Positions 20,305-29,825 of a stretch of DNA of 64,000 bases are shown here, piece by piece (the first letter of the stretch is position 1; each line of letters begins with the position of its first letter). The stretch comes from Acidobacteriota bacterium (GTDB lineage: Bacteria; Acidobacteriota; UBA6911; RPQK01; JAJDTT01). The translations under genes and the position numbers were made by a program. The notes below the pieces were generated by a model that worked only from the letters and a program-made list of their open reading frames with translations, was not told the DNA's origin and made no database searches. Location of the stretch: NCBI GenBank assembly GCA_965263035.1, contig OZ253580.1, positions 1,760,001-1,824,000 of the forward strand, given 5' to 3'.

Positions 20305-21576
20305 ATGAAGACGACGCCCAGGAGACGGGATTTCATCAAAGGGGCGGTCGGTTTGGCGGCAGGTCTGCTGGCCGGATCCTGCCTCAGTGACTCCTCCGAA
20401 AGGTCGAACCGACAACCCGGGAGCGGCCCGTCCGGAGGTGGCATCCCGGAGAAAAAAGGAAGGACCATGATCGTAGACTCGCACGCCTACGTGTTTCTGC
20501 CCGGGGACGAGCCGGCTGGGCATGCCAACTCCAAAGAGCACCTGGCCTGGATCCAGGCGGCTCACGCGGGACATCATCAGCCCGCCTGGAGGATCCGAGA
20601 CCGGGCGCCTGCCTCATCCGAGCCTCTGGCGCCAGGGGGATTCAAGAGTCTGTCCGACCTGCCCGACGTGAACTTTCGAGTGGATCACGAGCGGGGCGGA
20701 GTCGTCTGGACCGTCGACGGAGAAGACTTCACCAAACAGTTTTACCCACCCAACCTGAGAAACCTGGAATTTACTCCCCACAGCCTCATCGCCGAGATGG
20801 ACTACACCGGCGTGGACGTGACGCTGCTCCACACCGATCCCATGTTGGTCCGGGACAGCCGTTACCTGGCGGACAGCGTGCGCCTCTACCCGGATCGGCT
20901 TCGCTCCATGGCTCCCGTGGATGAGTGGCGGATTCCGTCTGAAACCGACGCCGTGATCCGGGAACTGGACACGGCCATCAACGGGTTCGGTCTTCACGCC
21001 ATCAAGTTCATTCCCCCTCTGGGATACGTGAGCAGCGATGAGCCCTGGGACGATGGCCCCTACCGGCCGTTTTGGGAGGCGGCCACCTCCTGGAAGGTTC
21101 CGGTCTTCTTCACCCTGGGTACGGGACCCGGCGCGGTGTCCGTCGAGGACCAGCGCCTCGGGTATCTCAACGAATTGGGGATCCTGATGCGTTGGATGGA
21201 ACGGTATCCGGACACGGTGTGCAGTCTCACCCACGGGTTTCCGTGGCGCGTGTTTCTGGATGGGAATGGGGTCCGTCTGCCGCAGGACATCTGGCAGCCT
21301 TTCCGGAATCCGAAATGCAATCTGGAGGTGAGCTTTCCGGTGCGGCTCGGCGATCTCTTCGACTACCCCTACCGGGAGGTGTGGCCCACGCTGGAGGCGA
21401 TGGTGGAACACGTCGGTCCAGATCAACTGCTGTGGGGCACCGACATGCCCTTCCAGAACCGCTTCTGCACCTACCGGCAGTCCCGCGACTGGATCGAGAA
21501 ATACTGCCGTTTCCTCGGTGCCGAGGACCTCGCCAAGATCATGGGCGGGACGGCGGCCCGCATCCTGAAGCTGTGA
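20305..21576 (+). CDS. Amidohydrolase family protein (Tat-like leader; alternative start 20467)
   Basis: RRRDFIK leader, IVDSHA, LLWGTDMP, GGTAARIL. Confidence 0.88.
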   Translation: MKTTPRRRDFIKGAVGLAAGLLAGSCLSDSSERSNRQPGSGPSGGGIPEKKGRTMIVDSHAYVFLPGDEPAGHANSKEHLAWIQAAHAGHHQPAWRIRDRAPASSEPLAPGGFKSLSDLPDVNFRVDHERGGVVWTVDGEDFTKQFYPPNLRNLEFTPHSLIAEMDYTGVDVTLLHTDPMLVRDSRYLADSVRLYPDRLRSMAPVDEWRIPSETDAVIRELDTAINGFGLHAIKFIPPLGYVSSDEPWDDGPYRPFWEAATSWKVPVFFTLGTGPGAVSVEDQRLGYLNELGILMRWMERYPDTVCSLTHGFPWRVFLDGNGVRLPQDIWQPFRNPKCNLEVSFPVRLGDLFDYPYREVWPTLEAMVEHVGPDQLLWGTDMPFQNRFCTYRQSRDWIEKYCRFLGAEDLAKIMGGTAARILKL

Positions 21577-21584
21577 AACTGCGT

Positions 21585-21675
21585 AGGAGCGGCGGCTTTC
21601 TTGCCGCCGATTGGGGGGTCTGGGGGGCTTGAAGCCCCCCTCCTCAGTCAGGCGACAAGAAAGTCGCCCCTCCGG
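21585..21675. repeat. REP/BIME-like palindromic cluster between convergent genes (possible bidirectional terminator)
   Basis: ggagcggcggctttcttgccgcc pairs in inverted orientation with ggcgacaagaaagtcgcccctcc; internal hairpin ggggggcttgaagcccccc. Confidence 0.6.
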
Positions 21676-22749
21676 TCATGCCGCGACGTCGGCAACGGCC
21701 TTGTTCAAGGCGGGCATCAGCTCCTTGGCGAACAGTTCCAGGTTGCGGATCCAGCTGGCCTTGTCGTCCCAGTCGAAGCCCATCAGGACCAGGGTGCCGA
21801 AGGGACCGCTCTCTTCCATGAGCTCCAGCAGGCGCCGGAGCACCTCGTCCACGTCCCCGGCGATGATCTGCTCTTTCAGCCAGAAATCCAGGTTGCAGTC
21901 GGCGTCCGGCATGTCTAGGTCGCGCTTCAGGATCCCCCGGTGCCCCAGCGAATTGTCCAGCAGGGAGGCGATGTACTCGTAGTTCCCGCCCACCGAGTTG
22001 TTGCGCGCCAGCTTCACGGCCTCCTCGGTGGTGTCGGCGAGGAAAATGGCGCGACAGACCTTCCAGTCGGCAGGATCGGCTTCCCGGCCCGCCTCGGCGG
22101 CGGCCCTGGCGTAGGTCGCCCAGTTGTCCGCCAAGACGTTTCCAGCGGCGAGTGCGGCCGAGAAGGGAGCGTACCCGCGTTGGCCCGCCAAGCTGAGGGA
22201 GCCCGAGTTGCGGCTGAGCCCCGGTATTGCGATCGGTGGATGCGGCTGTTGCAGGGGTTTGAATATGTATCCGATCCCCGTCGCTTCATCGACGTTCTCT
22301 TCGAGCGAGAACTGCCAGAATTTCCCATCGTGGTGGTAGGGCGGGTCCGACGCCCACAGTTTCAGGATGACGTCCAACGACTCCCGCGTCATCGCACCGC
22401 CATCCTTGGGATGCTGGCCGTAGAGCTCCATGTCGGTGCTGACGCTGTTGGGTCCGAAGCAGAGGTTGAGCCGTCCCTTGGAGAGGTGATCCAGAAACGC
22501 GAGCCGCGTGGCCACGTAGGCGGGATGGTGCAGATTGTGGCACACCGGCGCGGCCCCCAGACGAATGCGTTCGGTCACTCCGAGTACGCGGCCGATGAAC
22601 ACCTCGGGGACCACGATGGGCTCGAACCTCATGGTATGGTGCTCGCCGATCCAGAACTCGTCGAAACCGAGCTCCTCCGCCCGGACGGCCAGTTCGGCAT
22701 CCTCGTCGAAGCACTGAGCCAGCGGCTTGCTCGAAGGATGGTAGGGCAT
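21676..22749 (-). CDS. LLM class flavin-dependent oxidoreductase (N-terminus apparently frameshifted)
   Basis: AEELGFDEFWIGEHH, LDHLSKGR, KPLQQPHPP, LELFAKELMP. Confidence 0.9.
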   Translation of the reverse strand: MPYHPSSKPLAQCFDEDAELAVRAEELGFDEFWIGEHHTMRFEPIVVPEVFIGRVLGVTERIRLGAAPVCHNLHHPAYVATRLAFLDHLSKGRLNLCFGPNSVSTDMELYGQHPKDGGAMTRESLDVILKLWASDPPYHHDGKFWQFSLEENVDEATGIGYIFKPLQQPHPPIAIPGLSRNSGSLSLAGQRGYAPFSAALAAGNVLADNWATYARAAAEAGREADPADWKVCRAIFLADTTEEAVKLARNNSVGGNYEYIASLLDNSLGHRGILKRDLDMPDADCNLDFWLKEQIIAGDVDEVLRRLLELMEESGPFGTLVLMGFDWDDKASWIRNLELFAKELMPALNKAVADVAA

Positions 22750-22990
22750 GATGAAAATGCCGGTTTTTCAACCGGCGATGCAGAGAAACTGCTTGAATGA
22801 GGATAGATCTATCACGCTGGGGTGACAGGCGCAAGGGAAGAAGGAAGGGAGGGAGATGCGCCCCTCCCAAGGCGTGGCCTGGATCTTCACCCGGTCGTCG
22901 TATTTGGTTGGTCTGGAATTTCGGCGTGGTGTGGCGGCAGTTGGCAGTGTCCTAATTTGGTCCGGGACGCTGTTCTGTTAGCATCCGCAA

Positions 22991-23016
22991 TGGAGCCGGC
23001 GTCGGGAATCGAACCC
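22991..23016 (-). other. tRNA 3'-end fragment (att-like scar, possibly tRNA-Thr-like)
   Basis: Minus strand gggttcgattcccgacgccggctcca gives a T-arm plus acceptor 3' strand plus CCA. No D-arm or 5' half is recognisable. Confidence 0.6.
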
Positions 23017-23051
23017 TGGAGTGATCGGTTTCAAACAGCGACAAGGGCCAA

Positions 23052-23327
23052 ATGAAAATGGAGAGAAGACATACTGTATTGACCTGGTTCTGTTTGGGTC
23101 TCTTGGTCGCTCATATCCTGAACCACGATGAAAAGGGACCAGCTGACCACGCCAAAGATATTTTCAATTCTTGGATCGAGTGGATCTACTGGGGAGTGAC
23201 GGTCTTCTGGAATTGGATATGGATTAGGGGCGGATGGATCTGGGTATTGGTCATTGCGATATGGGTCACGGTAAAGAAGGTCAGACGAGCCAACGCCGAG
23301 CAGAGTGATGGGCCTTCGGAGAAATGA
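23052..23327 (+). CDS. Hypothetical Trp-rich membrane protein
   Basis: 91-aa ORF with 2-3 hydrophobic segments and lower GC than the flanks. Confidence 0.6.
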   Translation: MKMERRHTVLTWFCLGLLVAHILNHDEKGPADHAKDIFNSWIEWIYWGVTVFWNWIWIRGGWIWVLVIAIWVTVKKVRRANAEQSDGPSEK

Positions 23328-23621
23328 CCGCTCATGCTTCCCCAGGAAGTCAAGGCAGGAATGAAGTGCCGGGGACTGAGTTCTGTTTCAATCCCCGACA
23401 CTGGGGCTGCTAGGTTTGGGACCGCTGCCCGTGGAGGGCTTGCAGGAGAAGTTCCAAGTAGGGACCTCCGACTAGCACACCTGCCGTCTCAGGACCGGGC
23501 CATCTTCTCTAGCACGGGATGGCCGGGATCTCCAGCGTGCGCTCTTCCAAATGCCGGATTTGGAAGAATGATGTTGGCCGCCACCCGAAATATCACACCT
23601 GATTGTTAAACTTGACAAGCA

Positions 23622-24269
23622 ATGGAGGATCTAAGTTGCCTTTCGTTTGTCGCTTGGCCCATGGCTGCGGTCCTCTTTGGAGTGGCTTTCTTGTTGCTGT
23701 TCCGAAAACAGATCCGCCAGCTCCTTGGCCGAGCCAAGAGTTTCGGCAAGGAGGGCTTCCGTTTCGGCGAGGAAGGCGACCGTGCCTACAAGGACCCGCA
23801 ACCCTCGGCCAGAAGGCCTGACGCCCCCACCGAGTTCTATGACGAGTTCGAGAGTCCTCTGTTTCTTGAGGTAGAGTCTGACATTGAAAAAGAATTGCAG
23901 GATCGAGGAATCACTGATCCAATCTTCACTAGAAAATTCTTGTTGAAGACGCTGGCCAGAACGTTCATCTTTCGCCAGTTCGAGGCAGTTCATAGTGTCA
24001 TCTATGCAAGTCAGTTAAGATCGCTGATGTTCCTCAACATACAGCCCACACTGACGACTACGGCTGAACTCAAGTCCCGCTTCTACGACACCGCCGTCGT
24101 TAACTTCCCGATGACGTACAAGGACCGAGCGTTTGGCGAGTGGCTTGGTTACCTTCAGCTCCAAGCGCTGATTATTGGGAAGGAGGAGCGGATAAGTCTC
24201 TCTCTTCGGGGTCGAGAGTTCTTAAAATGGCGTGTGGATAATGGGTTTCCCGAGCCGCCGTTTGTCTAA
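23622..24269 (+). CDS. Hypothetical protein with N-terminal TM helix (cargo gene)
   Basis: 215-aa ORF with AWP...FLLLFRKQIR TM segment and a soluble, possibly winged-helix C-terminus; converges on the portal gene. Confidence 0.75.
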   Translation: MEDLSCLSFVAWPMAAVLFGVAFLLLFRKQIRQLLGRAKSFGKEGFRFGEEGDRAYKDPQPSARRPDAPTEFYDEFESPLFLEVESDIEKELQDRGITDPIFTRKFLLKTLARTFIFRQFEAVHSVIYASQLRSLMFLNIQPTLTTTAELKSRFYDTAVVNFPMTYKDRAFGEWLGYLQLQALIIGKEERISLSLRGREFLKWRVDNGFPEPPFV

Positions 24270-24294
24270 TAGCCCATAATCACTCTGAATCCCG

Positions 24295-25314
24295 TCATCT
24301 CAGACCCGCCAGCCGTTCGGCATCTTCCGCAGACCACCCCGCCGCCCGCAAAGTGGCAGCACCCCGGATGCGTCCGGGCAGGTTGTCCGCTTGCAAGGAT
24401 TCGGCCATGTTCCACTGAAACGGCGTTTCCAGGACTCGGGCGAACTCTTCCGCCCAGGTGGAGACCCAACCGGAGACGACACCCCGGATCCAGGTGGCCA
24501 GCGTGTCGCGCCGTGCAGTCGCTCCGGTGGCCGTGATCCCTACCAGTTGCGGAGGGAATCCAAGCGACTGCGCCACGGCTGCGCCCAGCTTCTCGTACAG
24601 TTGCAGGACAGGCCCAGGCACGTCTACACCCAGGCGAAGTAACGCGGGGGGTGTATTGCCTTGCATATTGTCTCCCAGGACAGAAGCGCCGCCACGCATT
24701 TTCGATAGCATCTTGGAGGTATGAGCGTACCAGTCCACTGCGCCGCCGCTCGCCCCTGCGACCCGTGCCAGTACCTTCCCAGTCGGTCCGGCAGTCTCTT
24801 CCCCAAACCGGAGTACAAGCCGGGCGAGTGCTACGCCGTCAGGTCCGGCCACGTCCAGCCAAGACCGCCCACGCCATGGCCGAGACGGGTCCGGGTGTAG
24901 CTTCAAGTGGGCGACACTCTCCGGCCCTAGTCCGTTGAGCGTGACGCTACGATCAGGCCCAGGGATTTCTACGTCATAGATCAGCGCATCCAAGCGACCT
25001 CTTAATGAGACGACGTGCGCCGGGTAGAGCATGGGCGATCCGTTCATGATGCGAACGACAAAGAAGGCCTGTCCATTCTGGACCAGCCGCGCAGCCGCCC
25101 AAGGAATCCATGGGCGGATCGTATCCGGTGGAGCACCAGCGGACAGGGCAGACGCCAGCCTTGCGGAACAGGCACTCACAACCGCCGGGACCCGTCCCCC
25201 GACCGATCCTTTATAGACACTCACCTGATTCTGCGGTAGCCATTCGGACAGGGCGTCCGAACGGGTCTGGACCTTCGGCTGGGTCTCCAGGCGTAGCAGC
25301 GTCAGACCAGCCAT
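24295..25314 (-). CDS. Phage portal protein, divergent HK97-like
   Basis: AVVSACSARLASALS, LVQNGQAF, VAHLK..P...PWRGRS, VAQSLGFPPQLVG; position in a head module. Confidence 0.75.
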   Translation of the reverse strand: MAGLTLLRLETQPKVQTRSDALSEWLPQNQVSVYKGSVGGRVPAVVSACSARLASALSAGAPPDTIRPWIPWAAARLVQNGQAFFVVRIMNGSPMLYPAHVVSLRGRLDALIYDVEIPGPDRSVTLNGLGPESVAHLKLHPDPSRPWRGRSWLDVAGPDGVALARLVLRFGEETAGPTGKVLARVAGASGGAVDWYAHTSKMLSKMRGGASVLGDNMQGNTPPALLRLGVDVPGPVLQLYEKLGAAVAQSLGFPPQLVGITATGATARRDTLATWIRGVVSGWVSTWAEEFARVLETPFQWNMAESLQADNLPGRIRGAATLRAAGWSAEDAERLAGLR

Positions 25315-25805
25315 TTTCTCGGCCTCCGGCGCGGTTCCGGGTCTGTTTCTATGAGGTGGCGGATCTCTTCCACTTCCGACCGTGGATAGGCTTGTCTGTC
25401 CACCAAAGCCAGCCCGCGAAGGGTGCCGACCGAGACAACCAGTACCTTCCCTTGCGCCCGAGTCTGACGCCGGACGAACTCGATACTGACGCCTTCGAGG
25501 ATACCGCCACGGATCAAGACGGCCGCGTCTCTCCCGTCGCCCGTGTCCGGGAGCGTCAGGGAGAAGCGGAGGGCCGTGGGCGTGTCCGTCAGGACCAGGC
25601 CGCCATCGGGAAACCGCCCTAACAAGCGGTCCCGGCGGTGGCCCAGATTCATGAAAACCGGACCCGCCAGCTCGCCAAATGCGCCCGGTTGGATGCGTTC
25701 ACGGGTCCCCAGGCGATCCAGGATCAGGGATGGCTGCCCGTACACGATGGCGACCCCGGAGACGATGCCGGGACCGTCTCCGTTGTCTTGTCTGATTTCC
25801 AGCAT
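25302..25805 (-). CDS. HK97-family prohead protease
   Basis: GVAIVYG, ERIQPGAF, H.RDRLLGR, LPDT.DGRD, GVSIEF, LALVDRQAYP. Confidence 0.92.
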   Translation of the reverse strand: MLEIRQDNGDGPGIVSGVAIVYGQPSLILDRLGTRERIQPGAFGELAGPVFMNLGHRRDRLLGRFPDGGLVLTDTPTALRFSLTLPDTGDGRDAAVLIRGGILEGVSIEFVRRQTRAQGKVLVVSVGTLRGLALVDRQAYPRSEVEEIRHLIETDPEPRRRPRKWLV

Positions 25806-25817
25806 GGCGTGAACGCC

Positions 25818-27062
25818 TTACGGGAGCGACAACTTGCGCCGGGAATACGCCTTGGCGTCGATCAGCTTGAAGTTGGTCAACAAGATAAGATCGACGTAAA
25901 CCTCGCCCTTCGCCGACCCCGTGTAGGTATCGAGAATCGAAGTCAGTCCGTCTTCCCAAACCGGAGACACGGCGGCGGTATGGTCCGCTTTGCCGCACCA
26001 CGTCAACGAGTCTTGCTTGTTAGATGCCGGGTCGGGAATGTGCGCCGACGTGAAAATACTCGACCCCACGTCAGATATCAGGCCGGACAGGTCCGCCGCC
26101 AGTTGGGGCAGCCCGATACTCGTTAGTGTCCCGACCAGGACACGATAGGACTGGACACCCAGTGCGATCTTTACCATTTTCAAGTCGCTGGCATATTTGC
26201 CGTCAATCACACTCGCCATGCCTTGCAGGACGGTCCCGACAGAGATGTCGTTCAAGTCCGCGCCCGCCGTCAGGGACGGCAGCAGACCGTTGATAACATC
26301 GTTTCCGGTCCCGAAGGTATTGAGGGACATTTGGTCCAGACTTTCTTCCAGAGCTGCGCGAGCTTCACGCCTCAGAGCGTCTTCAAACATGGCGACCATT
26401 GCGGCGTCTTCGCGCCGCCAGCCGACACGGACCTGGACCCGCTTCGGGGTCGCAGTCTTCGGCGTCAGGGTCCAGGCGGAGGCGTCCACGGTTGCGCCCT
26501 TCGCTGCCGAGGCCGGGGTGACGCCGGAGGACACGTGCTGCCATGCGGCTGTCCCACGTGGGACCATTGGAAACTGACATCCCATGCGTCTCGCGGACAG
26601 TCTCGCGGTCACTCGGTCAATAATGCTCTGGACATTGACGGCGGTTCCGGTGGCCGGGGCTTCGCTGTAGGCATCGGCGCGAATCTGGACCCGCTCTGCA
26701 TGGTCCAGGAGTCCGACCCAAGGGATAGAATCTCCGCCGCCGGTTTCCTGCCGATATTCCAGACTCTCGCCCGTGGGCCGACCAAACAGGAAGCCGGACA
26801 GGTTCACGCCGTCTTCCAGGCGGGCGAACTCCAATTGATCGGCGGATAGGTCGCGGTTCTGGGTTTCCTTCTCCCGTTCCTTCGGGTCCGGCGCAGTTTC
26901 GACGGCGATCCGCCAGCGGCTTTCTACATCTTCAAGTTCGGCCCGCTTCTGCGTTAGGGTCGTAGTCTGATCTTCCGTCAGTGTCCCTTCGGCGAATAGT
27001 AATGTGTTTATTTCGGTCCGTAGAGTGGACTTGCGGACTTCAAGCTGCTGAATCTGAGTCAA
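25818..27062 (-). CDS. Phage major capsid protein (HK97 fold with N-terminal coiled-coil delta domain)
   Basis: 414 aa with a helical N-terminal scaffold region, TPKRV and LNTFGTGN..NGLL; RBS gggagg before TTG; adjacent to the protease. Confidence 0.8.
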   Translation of the reverse strand: MTQIQQLEVRKSTLRTEINTLLFAEGTLTEDQTTTLTQKRAELEDVESRWRIAVETAPDPKEREKETQNRDLSADQLEFARLEDGVNLSGFLFGRPTGESLEYRQETGGGDSIPWVGLLDHAERVQIRADAYSEAPATGTAVNVQSIIDRVTARLSARRMGCQFPMVPRGTAAWQHVSSGVTPASAAKGATVDASAWTLTPKTATPKRVQVRVGWRREDAAMVAMFEDALRREARAALEESLDQMSLNTFGTGNDVINGLLPSLTAGADLNDISVGTVLQGMASVIDGKYASDLKMVKIALGVQSYRVLVGTLTSIGLPQLAADLSGLISDVGSSIFTSAHIPDPASNKQDSLTWCGKADHTAAVSPVWEDGLTSILDTYTGSAKGEVYVDLILLTNFKLIDAKAYSRRKLSLP

Positions 27063-27107
27063 TGTCTTATCCTCCCTGGTCGATTCATTTTGTTGTACAC
27101 TTATCCA

Positions 27108-27398
27108 TTATCCTGTATGTGTGTACAATAAATCAAACACAGCTTGTCCCCATGCCGTCCGCTCCGGGCGGTCCATGGCCTCATGGAGCATTTTATGGTC
27201 CCGATAACAGACACTTTGCAGGTTATCCACGTCCCACGGGTCGCCACCTTGCCGGATCGGTTCAACGTGGTGGACAGTGGTTGCAAGGCGTCCGCACCCG
27301 CAGATCGGGGACAGGGACAATTTCCAGGAACGGAGGGATTTCCAACGCCTGGTATTGTAGACGCGCCTATGAGCCTCTTTCCTCGTCATGCGATCCAC
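27108..27398 (-). CDS. HNH endonuclease (terminase-associated gp74-like)
   Basis: YNTRRWKSLR, C.CG, VHHVEP..GG.PWD.DNLQSVC..DH..LH. Confidence 0.92.
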   Translation of the reverse strand: MDRMTRKEAHRRVYNTRRWKSLRSWKLSLSPICGCGRLATTVHHVEPIRQGGDPWDVDNLQSVCYRDHKMLHEAMDRPERTAWGQAVFDLLYTHTG

Positions 27399-28849
27399 TC
27401 TGAGGCCGGGGGGGTGTAGTACAGTTGCGGTGGCGTTTGCCTGGACCTCCTGGACCCTTCCCCTATCGCCAGAACCGCAGCTATCGCAGCATCATTATTT
27501 CGTTGCGCCCCTTCCCTGGATCGTTTCGTGATCTTCGGATTTCCCGCCGGGTCCCGCACTAACAGGGATGCCGCCAGAGCGATCCGCATAAGTAGAGATG
27601 GTCTGGACCTTATTCTCTTCTCTAACAGCGTCCGGGTGAACTCCCTAACATCGTTTGAACTGTCACGGAATCCAAGTCCCCTCCACTCCACAAGTAGGCC
27701 AAGAGACGCCAGCGCGTCTTCCAGTTCCGGTTTACGGTAGCGGTCCGCCAGTACCACTTCCGGCGTCCCGAATCGTTCTATGGCGTCGGACAGGACCAGG
27801 GCCGGGGGTGTCGTTCGGGTCCCTGGAATCATCACCAACTCGCCCCTTCGGACCATGGACGAATAGACCCCTATATTTCCGTCTTTCTCTTCCCGTCTGG
27901 CAAGCGTGGGAATGTCTCCGAAGTATCCGGCCACTTCCAGCCGTCCCGTTTGATACCAATAGGCGGCAGCACCCGTCATGCTGCGACCTCCGCCCAAATC
28001 CAAGCCCAGGACCATGGGACCGGATCGTTCCGGGAGCGTGTCGGTTTCGGCCATGCGAGTCCATTCGTGCGACGTACATAAAACATCTTCAACCAACTCG
28101 GAATTACCCATATTCAGCCGCAGATTCCTGAAAGACGCCATAGCAGCGGCCGATTTCGCGGCGTCTTCGGATTCCTCTTTGATGGCAGATTCCAGGGCCT
28201 CAAATCCGGGTAGACCCAACGATGGATTAGCAGACCGCCATGTTTTCGGGTCCAATGGATCGGAGTCCCGTTCGGCGTGCCAGATCAAACCGGAAGATTT
28301 CAACAGGTCTTCAAACCAGTGGCCTGCGCCGTCACTTGGCCTGGTCCCGGTGATGATCAATTTAGATCCGGGAGTCTTCCCGAGTCCGGTCCGCAAGGCG
28401 TTAAAAACCCTTTGTCCGCGAGTATTTGGAAAGCTGGACGGTTCGTCTATGATGGCGCACTTGAATCGTTTTCCTGTCAGTGAGTGCGCCGACCCTGCTA
28501 CGGCGCACAATTTGACATTCCATGGGAATTCGATTTGTTTTAATTGCGGATAATCTCGGATTTTTACGCCTATTTCCTTCCAGTCCGGGACCATTCGGCA
28601 GTAGGCGTCCACGGCGTCTCTCCAACTGATTCCAGCTTGTCCCAAAGTCGGACCAGCAATGAGCACGTCATATCCGGGAGCGTGTCCGGGTCCGGCTGAA
28701 AAATAGACCGCAAGTCGTGCGGCTTCAACACTTTTTCCGTTCGACCTCCCCATGGAGTAGGCGACTACGGAGCGGCCATTCGGGTCCAGGATTCGAGCCT
28801 GGACCTGGAGACCCCAGGGGGTGTCAGGGTACGGAAATTGTGAAATCAT
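27386..28849 (-). CDS. Terminase large subunit
   Basis: Walker A GRSNGKS, Walker B AIIDEP, ITGT coupling motif, WRSANPSLG, nuclease GLDLG and NDAAIA. Confidence 0.92.
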   Translation of the reverse strand: MISQFPYPDTPWGLQVQARILDPNGRSVVAYSMGRSNGKSVEAARLAVYFSAGPGHAPGYDVLIAGPTLGQAGISWRDAVDAYCRMVPDWKEIGVKIRDYPQLKQIEFPWNVKLCAVAGSAHSLTGKRFKCAIIDEPSSFPNTRGQRVFNALRTGLGKTPGSKLIITGTRPSDGAGHWFEDLLKSSGLIWHAERDSDPLDPKTWRSANPSLGLPGFEALESAIKEESEDAAKSAAAMASFRNLRLNMGNSELVEDVLCTSHEWTRMAETDTLPERSGPMVLGLDLGGGRSMTGAAAYWYQTGRLEVAGYFGDIPTLARREEKDGNIGVYSSMVRRGELVMIPGTRTTPPALVLSDAIERFGTPEVVLADRYRKPELEDALASLGLLVEWRGLGFRDSSNDVREFTRTLLEKRIRSRPSLLMRIALAASLLVRDPAGNPKITKRSREGAQRNNDAAIAAVLAIGEGSRRSRQTPPQLYYTPPASEWIA

Positions 28850-28865
28850 CTATGTGTGCTTCCTA

Positions 28866-28871
28866 ATTATA
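28866..28871 (-). promoter_or_regulatory. Consensus -10 box upstream of terL (candidate packaging-operon promoter)
   Basis: TATAAT on the minus strand 16 nt before the terL ATG, in an AT-rich intergenic region; no clear -35. Confidence 0.45.
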
Positions 28872-29103
28872 TGCACGTATTCTTATCAGTGTATTCCTAT
28901 AATTCCATAAACCCTGACATATATTGAGACCTGAGGTGGAAACCCGGTTTCACGGATTCGGGCCGGGGGGTAGGGAACCCTTTTTATGAACATGTTAGTG
29001 CACATGTTCGCGCCTGATACCGTGATAATCTGTGCCTTAGTGAATCTTTGGACCTGATCTATTGCACTGTCATATAGTTGTTTAGTGGACACTGCATTAG
29101 TTA

Positions 29104-29439
29104 CTAACCTATCCTGGTCTGTCCCAACCTTCGGATCAGCGTGCCCCGGCTTGTCTTCGGGCGCTTCAACTCTCGATCGACGGCTTTTCGTAGAACCTCG
29201 ACACTCAGGTCGAATGCCCCGCAAATCCAGACGACCGTTCCCACGTCACCCCGCTCCGAGGCAAGCCATTCCAGGGCGTCCAGTTGCGCTTCCCGCTGTA
29301 TACCGTGATCGAGCGCTGGCCCGCAGCCCAGGCAGTCCGACAACGAGACCGTCAACACTCGCAGCCAAAGCCGCCTCACAGAGTCCAGGCGCGGGGTGTA
29401 TTCCGGTACATCCGCCACTATTGCCGGCAGTCTTCTCAT
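29104..29439 (-). CDS. Small phage-type hypothetical protein
   Basis: RRLWLRVL...ALEWL...WICGAFDL..EVLR helical pattern resembling small phage proteins; TATACT lies just upstream. Confidence 0.6.
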   Translation of the reverse strand: MRRLPAIVADVPEYTPRLDSVRRLWLRVLTVSLSDCLGCGPALDHGIQREAQLDALEWLASERGDVGTVVWICGAFDLSVEVLRKAVDRELKRPKTSRGTLIRRLGQTRIG

Positions 29440-29585
29440 GAAGCCAGTATACGATAAATTGGGTGTTTCGTTTTCACGGAAGGGACAAGCGGCAAGGTGG
29501 GGACGATGGGTCCATGGATACTGCCCTTGTATGGCACCCTGACCGCATAACGCGGGTGGACACGTATCCATGGACCCCGAAACGC

Positions 29586-29825
29586 TTAGAGGGCGTGTGG
29601 CGGCTTTATGGGCCGGTTTCTATTTCTCTCGATTTCCTGGTACAGTTTTTCATCGTCATCGCCGTCGCTGATCTTCTCCATGGCGTGAGCCATATCCCAC
29701 GCCTGTTTCAGCCATTCTGGCTTCAGCCAATTTGGATCCAGGGCGCCTCGGGGTGCCTTGCCCAATCCCTCAGCGACAATCCTCCCTGACACGACCTGAC
29801 CAAAGAAATAGTCGATTCTTTTCAT
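29586..29825 (-). CDS. Small hypothetical protein
   Basis: ORF MKRIDYFF... preceded by an aggatggag purine-rich RBS. Confidence 0.55.
   Translation of the reverse strand: MKRIDYFFGQVVSGRIVAEGLGKAPRGALDPNWLKPEWLKQAWDMAHAMEKISDGDDDEKLYQEIERNRNRPIKPPHAL

Noticed and set aside
22991-23070. Possible complete tRNA gene
   Set aside because: No acceptor 5' strand or D-arm could be folded; kept only as a 3' fragment.
24270-24294. dif/lox-like attachment site (gcccataatcac...) pairing with 34640-34670
   Set aside because: The similarity is too weak to support by eye.
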